Source: Bugula neritina
Taxonomy: Eukaryota; Animalia; Bryozoa
Length of the DNA: 64,000 nt
Assembly (NCBI GenBank): GCA_964035545.1
Contig: OZ037766.1
Span: forward strand, 13,692,722-13,756,721
Reading direction: 5' to 3'
Part shown: positions 38,762-52,100 of the stretch, piece by piece
Layout: every line of letters starts with the position of its first letter
Position numbering within the stretch: the stretch's first letter is position 1
Program-made: the position numbers and the translations under genes
Notes under the pieces: model-generated
Seen by the model: only the letters and a program-made list of their open reading frames with translations
Told to the model about the DNA's origin: nothing
The model's database searches: none

Positions 38762-39980
38762 GAGACAGCATCTCATGTAGGGTAAAATAGGTGACTATGT
38801 TGTTATCTCTGGTGGAGTTGTAAAATAAGCTTTAAGCATATAGATTGCAGTAGCAGTCTACTACTACTACTACTGTTAATCCATAAATAACTATGTTTGC
38901 AACTGTTATTATTTTAGCTGCACTCCTGAATGCCAGACTTGTGTTTTTATTGCTATTTTTATGGTTATTCCAATAGCTTATTCTATACCTAGTTGTTATA
39001 CTGGTATTATTCAAGACTTGCTCATTTAGCTAATGCCATTTATTATGAATTTATTAGTTTTTCTTGTAATCATAAAACTTTTATAATGATATTCAGTATA
39101 TTTCAACACATTCACCAATAAATTTATTGAATTCAGCTAATAATCAAGAATTGTAGTATATACATAATTATTAATCTGAAACAAGGTGTTAATGTTATTC
39201 AGTGTCATGATCAGATTTCATGAAAATTCCTCTAACATAAAATACTTGTATGTATACAACAACATTTAACTTTGTATCCTATCACACAGGTTTCAACACT
39301 TAATGAATAAGCATTTTACGAGACTCATCGAATAAAATTTTAGCTAACTAATATTGAAAAAAATATGACATCAAAATAAATGACAATATATTTCGGTATT
39401 CCTGTTTTGGTGAGCAAAATAAAATACACACCCAGTAGGCAATGCCAGAGTAGCTGCACCAGAATAGTTAATTTATCTTAAATACTATAAAAATATGGAT
39501 TTTGGTGATAAACTAGTAGGTTATGAAACAGAATTTAAAAATACCACAAATGAAACAAGTTTACGAAAAACTACAACCACTTTCTTTCCAAATAAGTGAG
39601 TTCAAACGAATCTTCAGCTGGCAAAAATGCTATTCCATACCAATAGTGACAGATATTCCCCCATAAAACATGTTTCATTCATTAGAAATTTAAAATAATT
39701 GCAATTTCAGATCCATCTTGTACAGCTGACCTAGGGCTCAGCCACAATACCCAGCAAAGTGAACTTTGGAACTCACACAAAGAAAGCAAGTAGTTGATAG
39801 CATTGTCAGAAATACCTGTTGCATAACTTATGGGACAATAACAAAAACATAAATAAATTATTGTTGAATGTTTCCAAATTTATAAAATGCTAATATATCT
39901 TCATATATATAATTAAAATAACCTGGAGTATTGAGATGAGATTTACTGTAGCTGATAGGCTTAGTATCATAGAACTATTG

Positions 39981-42770
39981 TCAATCACGGGGAGCAAACA
40001 AATTACGGTTTGGTACATAACTACCAGATGGTGCAAAGCGACCCCATGACCCGAGCGGCAGCAGAACAGCAGAAGCATTGTCCACAGAGCCATAGCAGGC
40101 AGCAAGATCAATCACTTGGTTGGCAGCTTCCTGAGCTGTGCTGCAAGAGAGGACAACATCTACTACTTCCTGGTCGGGCAGAGAAAAACTGACTCCATCT
40201 GTGATCAGTATGAGGAATGAATCTTGAGCAGGTTTAATCTACAACAAAGTTTGCTCCAATCAATATGTTAGTAGCCTACTTGGCATAAATGGCTTCTTAA
40301 ATGTTTGATGAAGCATGCAGTGTAATGGCAGCTAAACATTACAGAACATGGGATGATTGAGTAATAACGTGGGAGAAATAATGAATATGCAGCATCAATT
40401 ATACAGTCTGGATAAATATCCGACAAGGTTATTCAACTTGCATGACTTTAGCTAATCAAATATCAGTACTGCTTTAACATTTAAGCAACAATACAACATT
40501 TCAGGTTGGAAATTATTTATACTCTATAAACAAAACTAAAACAAGTTAATAACTATGTTTTTATGACTGGTGAACTAGAGATTGAATCAAATTATTTGTA
40601 ACAGTTTTCCCAGCAGTTTAGTTGCATATAATATTCAGTGTGACAGCAAGTAGGATCTGTGATACTAACAGTTGTATATGAGCACTCTGGGACAGAGGTA
40701 ACGCCATAAGGCTTCAGATCAAAATCTCCAATACTCCTGGTCATTGCCAATCTACCATTCACCTGCAAAATCAACCACCAACTAGGCAACGGTCATTACA
40801 ACCTTTGCTACTCATTTATAAAATTAGAAATAAACTAAAATTAAATTATTTCTATATTGTAACTTGAAAAGCAATTTTGAAAAATACTCCAATATGTGCT
40901 GGTTCACAGACTTCGTTGACTTGTTAATGTTATAACACAGAGTATAGTAAAACTATACTTTTTACTATACTATAATCTTAGTGAAGGGTCTTACAGCCAC
41001 AAAAAACTAAAGCCACTCCTATATTGGAACAGCTGAGAAATATCAGGCAGAATATCTACTAAAATTAATCTAAGAAACAATTGGTAAGAGTCATTCACAC
41101 GTATTTTAAGGACAAATCAACAGACAAAGCAGGTGAGCCTTCTACTTTGAAACCACCACTTGACTAGCTATAGAGTACTTTGCTTTTATTAAAAGCAACT
41201 TTGCTAGTTTAAATCAATTTATAACAATATGCTTTGACAAGCAATTAATATTGACAAATCTAAAACTGCGTCCACAAACAAGTATACACGTTACAACATA
41301 ATTGTACCAGTGGCTCCCCGAGACTGTTGCTGACAATCAGTCCGCCTTCCTGCTCAATTCGTTTCCTCTCTTTCTCATTTTCAGGATTGTGGTCGGTAGT
41401 AAGAGCAACAGCTTTGCCATTACGACAGAGAATAGCTCGCGTATCGCCCACACTTGCTGTGTGAAGATGGATGTTGTGAGTTATGAGACAGACTGTGGCA
41501 GTGGTGCCTGAGTACCTACGTGACTCTGTCAGTACAACAAGGATATTAAGGCATAAAACAAACTGTAGCCAAGGCTAAAGCAGCAGCATTTTATCCAAGA
41601 CATGAAATTTAGATATTAATATTTACTGATTGCAAAGTCTGGCACAAAAAATTGACTTTTGTTCTTATGTTTTAAAAAAACTGTGAGTACACTCACTTTA
41701 AAGCATATAAACTGTTGCAACTAAGCATTCAAGAGAACTCTCAAAGCAACTTTGTCGTAGTAAGTTTTTGTTTTGTGATATAAATATAAATAAACACCAT
41801 TCAATACTGTTTGAAATGTTAAGATCTTAGTCTGAAGTGAGGAATTCACTGATTAAATACTTACATAGTAAAGCTTTATAAAACTTCTTATAATTAAAAA
41901 ACCAAATAAATGGCAGTTAAGTTGGAGACTACATTGACAGTGTTTTGGAAAATTTTACATGACCCATCAATTATGCAACTAGGACTATAAGTGCCTTTCT
42001 TATTGATAGTAGTGCTATAACAGTTAATACTGCTAGCAGTGGTACTAACACTAATAGTAGCACTACTACTAACAGTAGCACTAATACTACTACTAGCATT
42101 AGTACTAGCACTACTACGAGTAGTGCTAGTACTAATGCTAGTAGTAGTATTAGTGCTACTGTTAGTAGTAGTGCTACTATTAGTGGCTAGTAATATAAAA
42201 GTAGATAGCATTTTAACTTAAAAAAACAACAATTTATAAACAGAAAAATGTATAAAACTAGAATCAATAAGTTTCATAGTACAGTGTCTATGGCAACAGA
42301 ACCGCAATAAGCTGCTATAGCTTCCTGAATAACAAATATATGAGAGAAACATTACCTTGCCCCCTGCGTATGTACTCCATAAGTTCGGTGTTCACTTCAA
42401 CAAATGCCTTTTCAAATGATTCGTTTAAATCTGTAGTATCATCTATTACATTTTCGATGACTGATGGAAGTTTGGAGACAGTAAAATCCGCCGCTAGTGA
42501 GCCGCCATGGCCATCGAATATACCCATAAATATGCTACCATCTTTGAATGGCTTATAACAAAATCTATCTTCTTGGTATTGCCTCTTGCCAATAGCAGTT
42601 GCAGCCCCAACTTCTTTCAAGTCAATATTTGGTATCAGAAAGCCATAAGTTGAACTTTGTTCCACGTTGATAGTACTTTTCTGTCTGTTCGCAAAATTGA
42701 GTTGGCAACTCTGCCTTAAAAGTTGGCCGTTAGCAAAACAAATCACCGATCTCCATCTCGAATGTAGCAT
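39981..42770 (-). CDS. PPM1K: Protein phosphatase 1K, mitochondrial (PP2C/PPM family), ~327 aa
   Basis: Exons 42770-42356 (Arg-rich transit-like N-terminus; IGKRQYQEDRF; IFDGHGG), 41525-41308 (SGTTATVCL, ASVGDTRAILCRNG, LTTDH), 40762-40670 (VNGRLAMTRSIGDFDLK) and 40238-39981 (DSFLILITDG, YGSVDN, PLGSWG, stop). Motifs match PPM1K specifically. Confidence 0.93.
42030..42190. repeat. Degenerate (TAG/TAC)n low-complexity tract in PPM1K intron 1
   Basis: tagtag/ctacta arrays. Explains the S/T-rich and L/V-rich ORFs. Confidence 0.75.
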
Positions 42771-43534
42771 TTGCTAGCAGAAGTAGTAAAAATTAGTCTT
42801 TAAAATAACTTTTATGGAATAAGTTTTAGTTCCAAAATCAATCTTAAGACCTAAAAAAGAAGTATCGATTAGAAAACAACGTATGCAATTTAAAAAGTGA
42901 ACAGTTGAATTTCACTAACTAAATTATTTTATTTTTGTATGTTTAAAATTTTAAGTTTTGGTACACTTATTGCATTTATATTTATCATTAAAATCATCCC
43001 AATCTAGATGATTTATTTTTGGTTTATGTTCTAATAATCTATTCATTGTTTAATTAATAATTTTGATATATAATCTATTTATAACAAACATAAACTGTTG
43101 ATTGAATTTCTTTACTTTATTATCATGTTTTGTTTAGTTTAATTTCAGTGGTTAAAAATACTGAGAATATAGACTATTAATTTTGTAACAACCAGCTAAA
43201 TTACTTTTATAACTTATTAATACATAAAAAGGTATTGCGCTTAAAGTAACAGTTAGTGCTAGTCAGTGTAAGTGTTACTATGACTTAGAGGTATGTTTAA
43301 TTATATGATTACACAGTACTTATCTTCGAAGTTTGGTAACATTCTAAGATTTAGTGCAATGCCAGCAGTAACTAGTAGCTAGCTACTGTTGCATTATTAT
43401 CAAATTTAAGCTACCAACTGAAACCCGGCGATTTAAAGTCAGACTGAATATGACTGCAATTTAACTTTAAGTTTGATTTCAAAGCATGTTGTTACAAGCA
43501 ACTATACTGATACTTCATAACATTAGTGGTGGTA

Positions 43535-44545
43535 AACTAATAATAATCATAATCATAGTCATAATAATAATAATAATAATAGTCATTTAAACAATAATAC
43601 TGATAATCATCATTTAACTTTTACTAGTAAATGCAATTGATAATTTTGTATGACATGACTTATAGGCTATGAGTATGAGTATTAGCATGATACCCACTCT
43701 TGAGCCAAAATTAATAATCAGCATCATGGTGGTAGTTTCAATCAAAACCAACGATGACAATGATACAGGAAAATCAATATGATACTCGTACTGAAAGCAA
43801 TAGTCATTCTCATACTGAGTCTGAAAACAGAAAATTAAATAATAAACTATTAGTAGTATTAGTATTACTATAAGTGTAATACTAATAATATTATTCTTAT
43901 CACTGTTAGCATTACTACTACTACTACTACTAGTACCAATTTCAATCAAACATTATGATGATCATTATGATTATAAGTACTAACAACGACTCACTGACAG
44001 TGAATGTGATTGTCTAATTCAATGTAAATTACCACAATAATAACTATAAAAATAATCATTATGACAATGATTGCGAGTGTAAATATTACTGATAGTAACA
44101 TTAATAGTAATAGACTATCACTAATACTAATTCACTAATACTAATTCACTAATACTAATAGTAATAGCAATATTGGTAGATATTGTATATCGCTGTTGGT
44201 ATTTGTTGAGCTTTCATTTTTCAACTTTCAAGTTTTCAACAATTATAATAATAATACTAAAACTAATACTAATAGCCAATAAATATAAGACTAATAGTAT
44301 TAGTAATAGCTATTAGTATTACTTAGTGAAACTATTAGCATTACTTAGTGAAACTATTACTATTAGTATTACTTAGTGAAACTATTAGTATTACTAATAC
44401 TAATAGTAATACTAAATCAAAATGTATTACAGTACGAGTATTAGTTTTATTATATTTATTATCATGAATCTAGTAGTAGTTCTATAATAATAATGGTAAT
44501 ACTAATAGTAATAGTAATAGTAATACTAATAGTTAATAATATTAT
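43535..44545. repeat. AT-rich low-complexity (TAA/TAG/ACT) region with short tandem repeats
   Basis: aataat and ctaata arrays, with tandem CTATTAG[T/C]ATTACTTAGTGAAA units at ~44310-44390. Confidence 0.7.
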
Positions 44546-46189
44546 TATAAATGAAATATTAAATCTAAGCCCAGAATTCACATTTCAAAATAATTTTTAA
44601 GCCTAGCATAAATTAACTACTCACTTAATCAGATTCAGTCAGTCAGTGTCACTGCAGTACATTGACATCTATTTTTAATTAATTTATGATTTATAATTGC
44701 ATTTAGTTTTACTGTTACAATTCCGTTTCATCGGCAAGTTATTTCATTTGGTTGAACTTGAAGAGGGATGGGTTGGTGTGAGAGTCAAAGCGGTAAAACT
44801 GACTGTAAACTTGAAGTTTGCGACCACTTACTCTTAATTGTAATAGTTTGTTCCAGTTCAATGCTTAGGACTGTTGGAACATAATAAGGATATTATACAA
44901 GTTATATTATTCTATTGCGGTGTTATTTACGTTTATTGCTCTAATGTCCAATTAATTAAGCGAGTGATTAGACATCAGATGGGAAAATACTAAAGTCGTT
45001 TAACTTGAGCAACTGTAAGAATGCAAAGTCGAAGTCAATTATTCCTGCATGCATTTAACTTCATGCTCTGCGGTCTATGCTCTACACAACCCGGGCACAC
45101 GTTCTACAGTCTACATTGGCTATATCTCATAGGTTTGGAGTTGAGGACATAACTCCAGACGTAAGACCCGGAAACTACACTCGTCTTTCACCAACTCGGA
45201 ACTGCTTATAGAGAGCCCACTGAACCAGCAATAATTTCCAGCTCATTGATAGAATCCTTCATTGTGAAGCAAAAGTAGTCTACAATCTTGGTAGCCGAAA
45301 GAGCAGATTTCGAAAGCTCTAGTGATAATTAAAGTTCTGTAACCAGCGTGCTGTGTGATATAGTTAACTCTTTGCTTACAACGGATTTTGAACTCACATC
45401 TGGTTATTAAGTCTCCAGTGCTGTGAAACCACTGATCTCAAGAATGTTTAAGAGGACTAGAAACAGTGTCTCTAGCAGGAAAAATGCTGTTGTGCTGTAG
45501 GTAGAAATTATAAATAGTGTATGGGTTAAAAAAATAAGTGCACATGGGGAGAGTAGGGGAGCATATATATGAGGATAGTGTTTGCAGCAGAAAAGAAGAG
45601 AATGCAAAGAGTCCAAGTTATATGAAATGCAACCGAAGATTAATTGACACTAACTATACATACAAAAACATACAATTCATTTTGAAATTTTAAATATTAA
45701 CAGCATAATACAGTCTATTGGGATCTAATATTTTTATATTTACAATTTTGGAATTCATGTTGCGTGTACAACATGTAAGTAGCACTTAAGAGCTTTAACA
45801 AATGAGGTGAGATGATCCTTGTTGAGTAACACTACCTGGTAATATTGTGAATCTCAGGCAAACCTGGAGGAAGTTGGCGCAATAAGTAGAATATTAATGG
45901 TATATATTTCTGTACTTGTTGTCCTGGATAATTTGGAGTTGAGGTAACATAGGAGAAGCTCTGGTAGTTGGTAGAGCATATTGCATTTATGACAGTTTTC
46001 ACTGTTTCACATCACTATAAGTTTAACATAATATATTGTGTACATATATTATGTAATTTAGGGAAACTTTAATGCTAGGTGTTGTGAAAATATTGTTTAC
46101 TCTTGCATTGAGCATGCACACAACCTTCTGCCCCCCTCCCCTCCAGTCACCTCGCAGCCATGAGATCTATTTTATTATAATTTATTATT

Positions 46190-46460
46190 AAAGTGCAGAA
46201 AACCCGTGTAGAGTGTAGAAACTGTTGAAATTCAATATCATTGTATTTAAACTTTTTGCTGTTGAAACCACCAACAAATGCGGCATAGTCTGTAGCTATA
46301 TAGATGGTGAAGTAGATAAGAGTCTGCTGGTACCTCTAAGTTGTTGGCAAAACTGCAGTTTGTATTTATATTCATGTGGTTATTTATAGCTGCTTGATGA
46401 AATGGGGTGCACTCTGCATAGCAGAGTGACCAACTGCTGATGTCAAATGAGATTAATGAA
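46190..46460 (-). mobile_element. Possible degenerate non-LTR RT fragment
   Basis: The minus strand gives IYFTIYIA-TDYAAFVG...FQQF, resembling the LINE RT motifs 'LFTLY' and 'ADDTALVG'. The neighbouring 44760-46150 also looks like decayed coding sequence but is unresolved. Confidence 0.3.
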
Positions 46461-49124
46461 ATACGCAGTCTACTAATTAAGTCACATATAGTGATTGGAT
46501 CACTAAATTGGAATACATTTTCAGTGTATTGGATGGTTATATTTTATATATGTGCATAATTAGATGTTATTTGCAATGATGTATATTTTCCAGTGTAAAA
46601 ATTTAAGTTGACATATAGAAAATGCATCATCTTATTGGCTTCAATAGTTTTTAGACTCTTGCTTAAACATACAATATGTATTTTTCTTTATTGATGTTGC
46701 ATATAATGCATTGAGTACTCCAAGAGTGCACATATAACCCATGCAAGTGTATAAATCGAGATCTCTTTCCAACAAATAGAAAATACAAGTTGATGCCAAT
46801 CACCTAAGTTGCAGTTCACTCGAATAGCAAAATGTATAGACATATGAAGATTTAACAGAAAATAACTTCAAGACTAGGTATATATCACATACATATCTTC
46901 AGTCAACTAAGTTAAGAATTTGTATTTGGAGTCTGAAAAAATATCAATTACCACATGAAGTGGTTAAGATCCTTAACAATATTCACCTTTTCATCAAACT
47001 TTCACCACGGTGCCACCTGCATACCCATGGCAAAAATATTATATCATATATATAAGCCCATCTCTGACTCATGGTCACTTTCAAATATGTATCTATAGGC
47101 ATGCCCATACATTTGTTTTAGATTTACTATTTTTATTTTTGTAACACTATAATTTTTTAACCCACACACATGCCCACCTATTTGGTATCATTTGCTAGGT
47201 TTTATCTATAAACAATTAGTTGAAGCAGTAATGGAACCTGTAATATGCTGCTTTTTTATTAACTTCGTAAGCCTCCAATTGAATTCAGAAATAACATCTT
47301 ATTAACTTATTTAACCAGGGGCATGCATTGAGAAGATAACTACCTATTTTATGCGCATTATCATTAGGTGATAGAGCATTTCATGGTTCGTTTAGCGGTC
47401 AATATAGTAAATGATAACATACTGTACATCTACCGATAATAATTCGCGTGTGTTGTAGTTTTTACCGGAACCAGCATGGTGGTAACTATAACAACAGCGA
47501 TTAACATTTTAATACGCTTAGACTATTGTAAGTTTGTTATAATTAATGAAAAATTAACTATTTACATTAAATATTGTTTATAAATTTATAAAAAATTTGT
47601 ATATTTAAGTTATAAAATCTTTTTTTATGTGCAATAAATATTTTAGCTTACGATTTAGGATTGCATTGTTTTTCTCGCGAATGTAATAAACTTCTTGTAA
47701 CTATATGCGTAAAACGGTTTCCGGTCTATCAATACATGATTAGAGGCTCTGTGATTTTATTTTTACAATTATATTTATTGCTGATACCTTATTATTAAAG
47801 GTTATCACAACTAGTTTTATATTTAGAGCGTTTTTAAATTAGTGAGTAATTTAATTAAATAATAAATATTACCATTGTATGTTATGCCAGCTAAATATTT
47901 AGTCAATCACACATTCTGATTGAGATTCTCATTCTAAGAATTACTATTACTATTACTATTAGTATTAGTGAACTATTAGTATTACTATTACTATTAGTAT
48001 TAGTAATATTAATAGTAATTCTGAGATTGAGAATCATTCTAATAGTAATACTAATAGTATAACTATTAAAATGATTCTCAATCTCATTCGTATTTAATAG
48101 TTTTCTTTTAGGGTAAGCATTTAATTTTTATTTTATGGAATTAAATATTGATATTGATATTTATATTTCTGTTGCAATATTAACAGTAATTACTGTTGAT
48201 TTTGGTTTTTAATATAATACTCATTAATTATTACACTATTACTATACATAATTATAATACATATAGCTTTAATTATAGTTAAAGTTACATACGACTACGT
48301 ATCGTATCGCCAGTATCGGTATACACTTACAGTTATATTTATAGTTAATGTTATGCTATCACTAGGGGAATTGCAAGTTAGCTTCAGTTTGCTAGCTATT
48401 ATTATTTGCAATTTAGTATAAATTTTACTTATTATTTAGTGGCAAACAGAAAATCAATTAACTTGCTGGTGTCAGTTTAAATTTGTTTTACACCGTAAGT
48501 ATATCTTTTCACTTGCAGCTGTTCATCTATAGCTATCGGCAATTTTTATTTTATTAACTCTTATAACATAGTAGTAGTACTAGTGGTTATTATTAATCAT
48601 GTCTATACTCGTAGTCATACAGATATGTTTATATTGATTGCATTTTAGCCCCAATTCTTTGCCTTTGTAGTTTTACATTTACATTTACCATTTTTATGGT
48701 TATTTATTTATTAACATCGTATTTCATTAAAAAAAACTTGCACTAATTATTAAAATGAATCATTAGAATGTACATGTAGCACATCATTATCACCATAATA
48801 GCAAATATTTTTAAGGTTGTAATTTAGTAATGTTTATAAATACTTTTTTATAATTGTATAAATGACTTGTAGCTTTAGCAAGATATTAAAATTATCTAAG
48901 CCAAATTAGATTGTTAGAGTGATCAAGTCAAGTCATGTTTGCATTTTTATCAAATCAACTTGAGTAAAATGGTTTTGTAACATGATATAATTAAGTTTGC
49001 ATGTGCTCAATTTAATGTAAGTGAAACTCAAATCTTTTAACTTACAGTATATAATCACACTAGTAAATTACATTCATTACCAATATTTTGCAGTTGTATT
49101 CGACACTTTTATATTTAGAGCAAA

Positions 49125-52100
49125 ATGCCAGATATGGTTAGTCTACCTCAGCTTCTGGACCTATCTCTGGGTACTCCTGAAGCTGGAGCAGTAAACTTCA
49201 ACAATTTACACAAGTTGCTTCTGGAAATTATCAACAAGCTTGATTTAGCTGGTCACCCAGTTCCTATATCACTCACTGAAGCTAAAAAAGGGCCAAGAGG
49301 CTCTAAGCTATCTCTATCTGATAAAATCAATCAAGATGCGGAAGAACTGATTGGTAAAATTAAGACCAATACTCCCCTCACAGACCTCTGGCAGCACATG
49401 CAAGTAACAAAAAGAGTCGAGTCTAATGAAGACGGAATCAAGGCTGTAAGATTTGTGTAAAATATTTAGTAAGAAAATATCGGTTATATGATAAATTTTC
49501 TCAATGCAAGTCTCGTGTATTATTCTGATGATGTAATCGTTTAGGCAATGGCTTTAATAGAGAAGCTAGTTAAAGATATGGATCAACTCAAAAGTGAGAA
49601 TCAAGAACTTCGTCAAAAACTGGACAAGGTATGCAACAGTTGAGCCTTACGTCCCTGAAAAAAATATACTGTGACCTTTATCAATTTTTTTATCTCAACG
49701 AAATAGGGAGTAAAATTTTGTATCGATTTGTGTGAAGATGTTATAGCAGTAATTTTACATATACTGTAGATTGACATAGATGATATCAACAAGCAGTTGA
49801 AAAGGTTAGACCAACTCAGTGATGAAATGAAAAAGATGTCGGAACTGACAAACAAATTGAATGATGTAGACTCTCACAAGCAACAACTCTTGGATTTGCA
49901 GGTAATTTGCATCACATCTAACATTTGATTCAACAAAACACGTTTATTATATAATGAAAGTGATACAGGGATATTTTTATTCTATTTTCTATATTTTGTG
50001 ACATTACGCCGACAAACCTGTATTCATATTCTATTTGTTCTAAATAATATGTGCTATTGTTTTTCTTATGAATAGTTATTGGATTCATATGCATGTAGCA
50101 GTGCACTCAACAAAGCATGAGTTTTATAAAAAATGCTATGACCTACGCATGATCCTAGTGTAAATAATACACATATTATTGCAACTATTGAGACACACAG
50201 GTTTGGTTGCGATTTGTTTTAATTCTCACTGCCACTGTGGGCTGTTTTCTTAATGTAATTATTGTTGGGACTTTTCACCATTTCAAGATTGCAATGTGAG
50301 TCTTTTATAATACACAGCGTCAGTGTCCTCGCATTATCCAGTTGCTAACTAAGCTCATTTGTAAGCTTTAGTACTCTTCTGCCAATTGCACTACATTTAC
50401 TCAACAAAAATCAATATCTCACTTTATACACTCAATTGGTAGAATAAGGTAAAATAATAGTGGCTTTACAATTGGGGTATAAATTTTTAAATAGTTTTCT
50501 ATCAAAATTTTTAAAATAAAAGCAAATGATTTGAGTATGCAATGTCATTGTGCAACAGGATATACATCAGCAAAATATTTATGTTGTTATTCTAGTCAGA
50601 TCTAAAACTTAAAAAGTTGTATGTCATTGATTGTCACATAATCGAGCTATACACGAAACAAAAGCTAGCATTGCAGTCTGCTAGATTTTTATGGCAGTAG
50701 AAAGGTTGTAAACTTACAAACTAATAATATATGGATATTAGCTGTTTTACATTTATTATACCTTTGTTTATTTGTTACATGTGATATGCATACACTACTA
50801 ATGATAAAACCTATGGCTATTCATAGGTTATCAGTGTTACCAATGTGTCACAAGTAGGTGTGGACTTGTATATTTTATTTTAAATGCAACTAATCACGAT
50901 ATGATTATAACTTCAGATTGCTTTAATGAATCAACATCCATCTCGCCTATCAAATGGTATTTAAATCACTGTGTGACCAATAGTAACTGTTGGCTAGTTT
51001 CACACTGTAGCAGAATAGCTGTCTATTTTCTAAATGTAGGCTATTGTATCTATGAATTGGCCTGTGCTTCTCAAAGTTTATAATTTTGATGAACGATTTC
51101 ATGGAATACATTGAAGAAGCTTATATAGAATGTAGTTGCTGCAGATGAATGGGTGCTGGAGAGTATTTGGGAATGTACAGTTAAAAAAGGGCAATACAAA
51201 AATACCAATCAAATGTTTTTACACACCCTTAGTTTTGGTTTATTTTTTCCAACACTTATTATCACAGCTGTAAATTTTTTTTTATTATCTTTTTAGTAAA
51301 GTATGCATTGTTTCAAATTATATTTCCTGGCAAATTGTTATATTATATGCGCTTAGAGTAGTACAACTAGCTTTATTATTTCACTAAAAATAGGTAGTTG
51401 CAGAATTGCAGTTTACAAATAGTGCTAGTTTTGGCTAAACTTTGCAGTATAAGAAGTTAGTTGCTTGACTGAAATGAAGCAGGAAACTTTTGAATAAAAT
51501 CTAACAACCGTGTTAACTCAGGCTAACCAGCTATGTGTGTATGTGAGTGTGCGTGTGTTTTATTTTCATCATAATATTATAGTGTTTTACAACTAGCATA
51601 AGTTACAAGAGCAGACAAACAATTAGAAAGGAAACATAGTAACAAATAACAGTATATAAAAAATAAAGCTGTCGGAAGTGATGATGGGGCCCAGTGCGAA
51701 ATAGCATGGCTAGTAGTACGCGGGCCCAAAGTTGGCATAACCATACAAGGCACCACAGATCACTCAACAGAGTGGAGGTGATGCCTCAATTCCGTTTTAA
51801 ATTTACCAAGTGGCTGTATAATCTTTAAAAATTTAGGCAACTTATTCTACAGTGCAGATATTACAAAATTGGAGGTGCGTTGACCAGTAAATGAGGAATA
51901 AAATGGAACAGGAAGAGATTGCAACTGATGACGAGTAGTATAGTGAGAGTGTGTTGAAAAGCTTCCTGAATAGTAGATTTTATGAGCTTTAATTAGCAGT
52001 TTGTACTTGTACAACTTGTCAACTGGTAAAATGTCTGATTCCCTAAACAGGTCTTTAGAATGGTATCCAAAAGGTTTGCGAATTATACGGACAATTTTCT

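Noticed and set aside
41894-42221. S/T-rich and hydrophobic ORFs resembling membrane or mucin proteins
   Set aside because: They come from a low-complexity tract within PPM1K intron 1.
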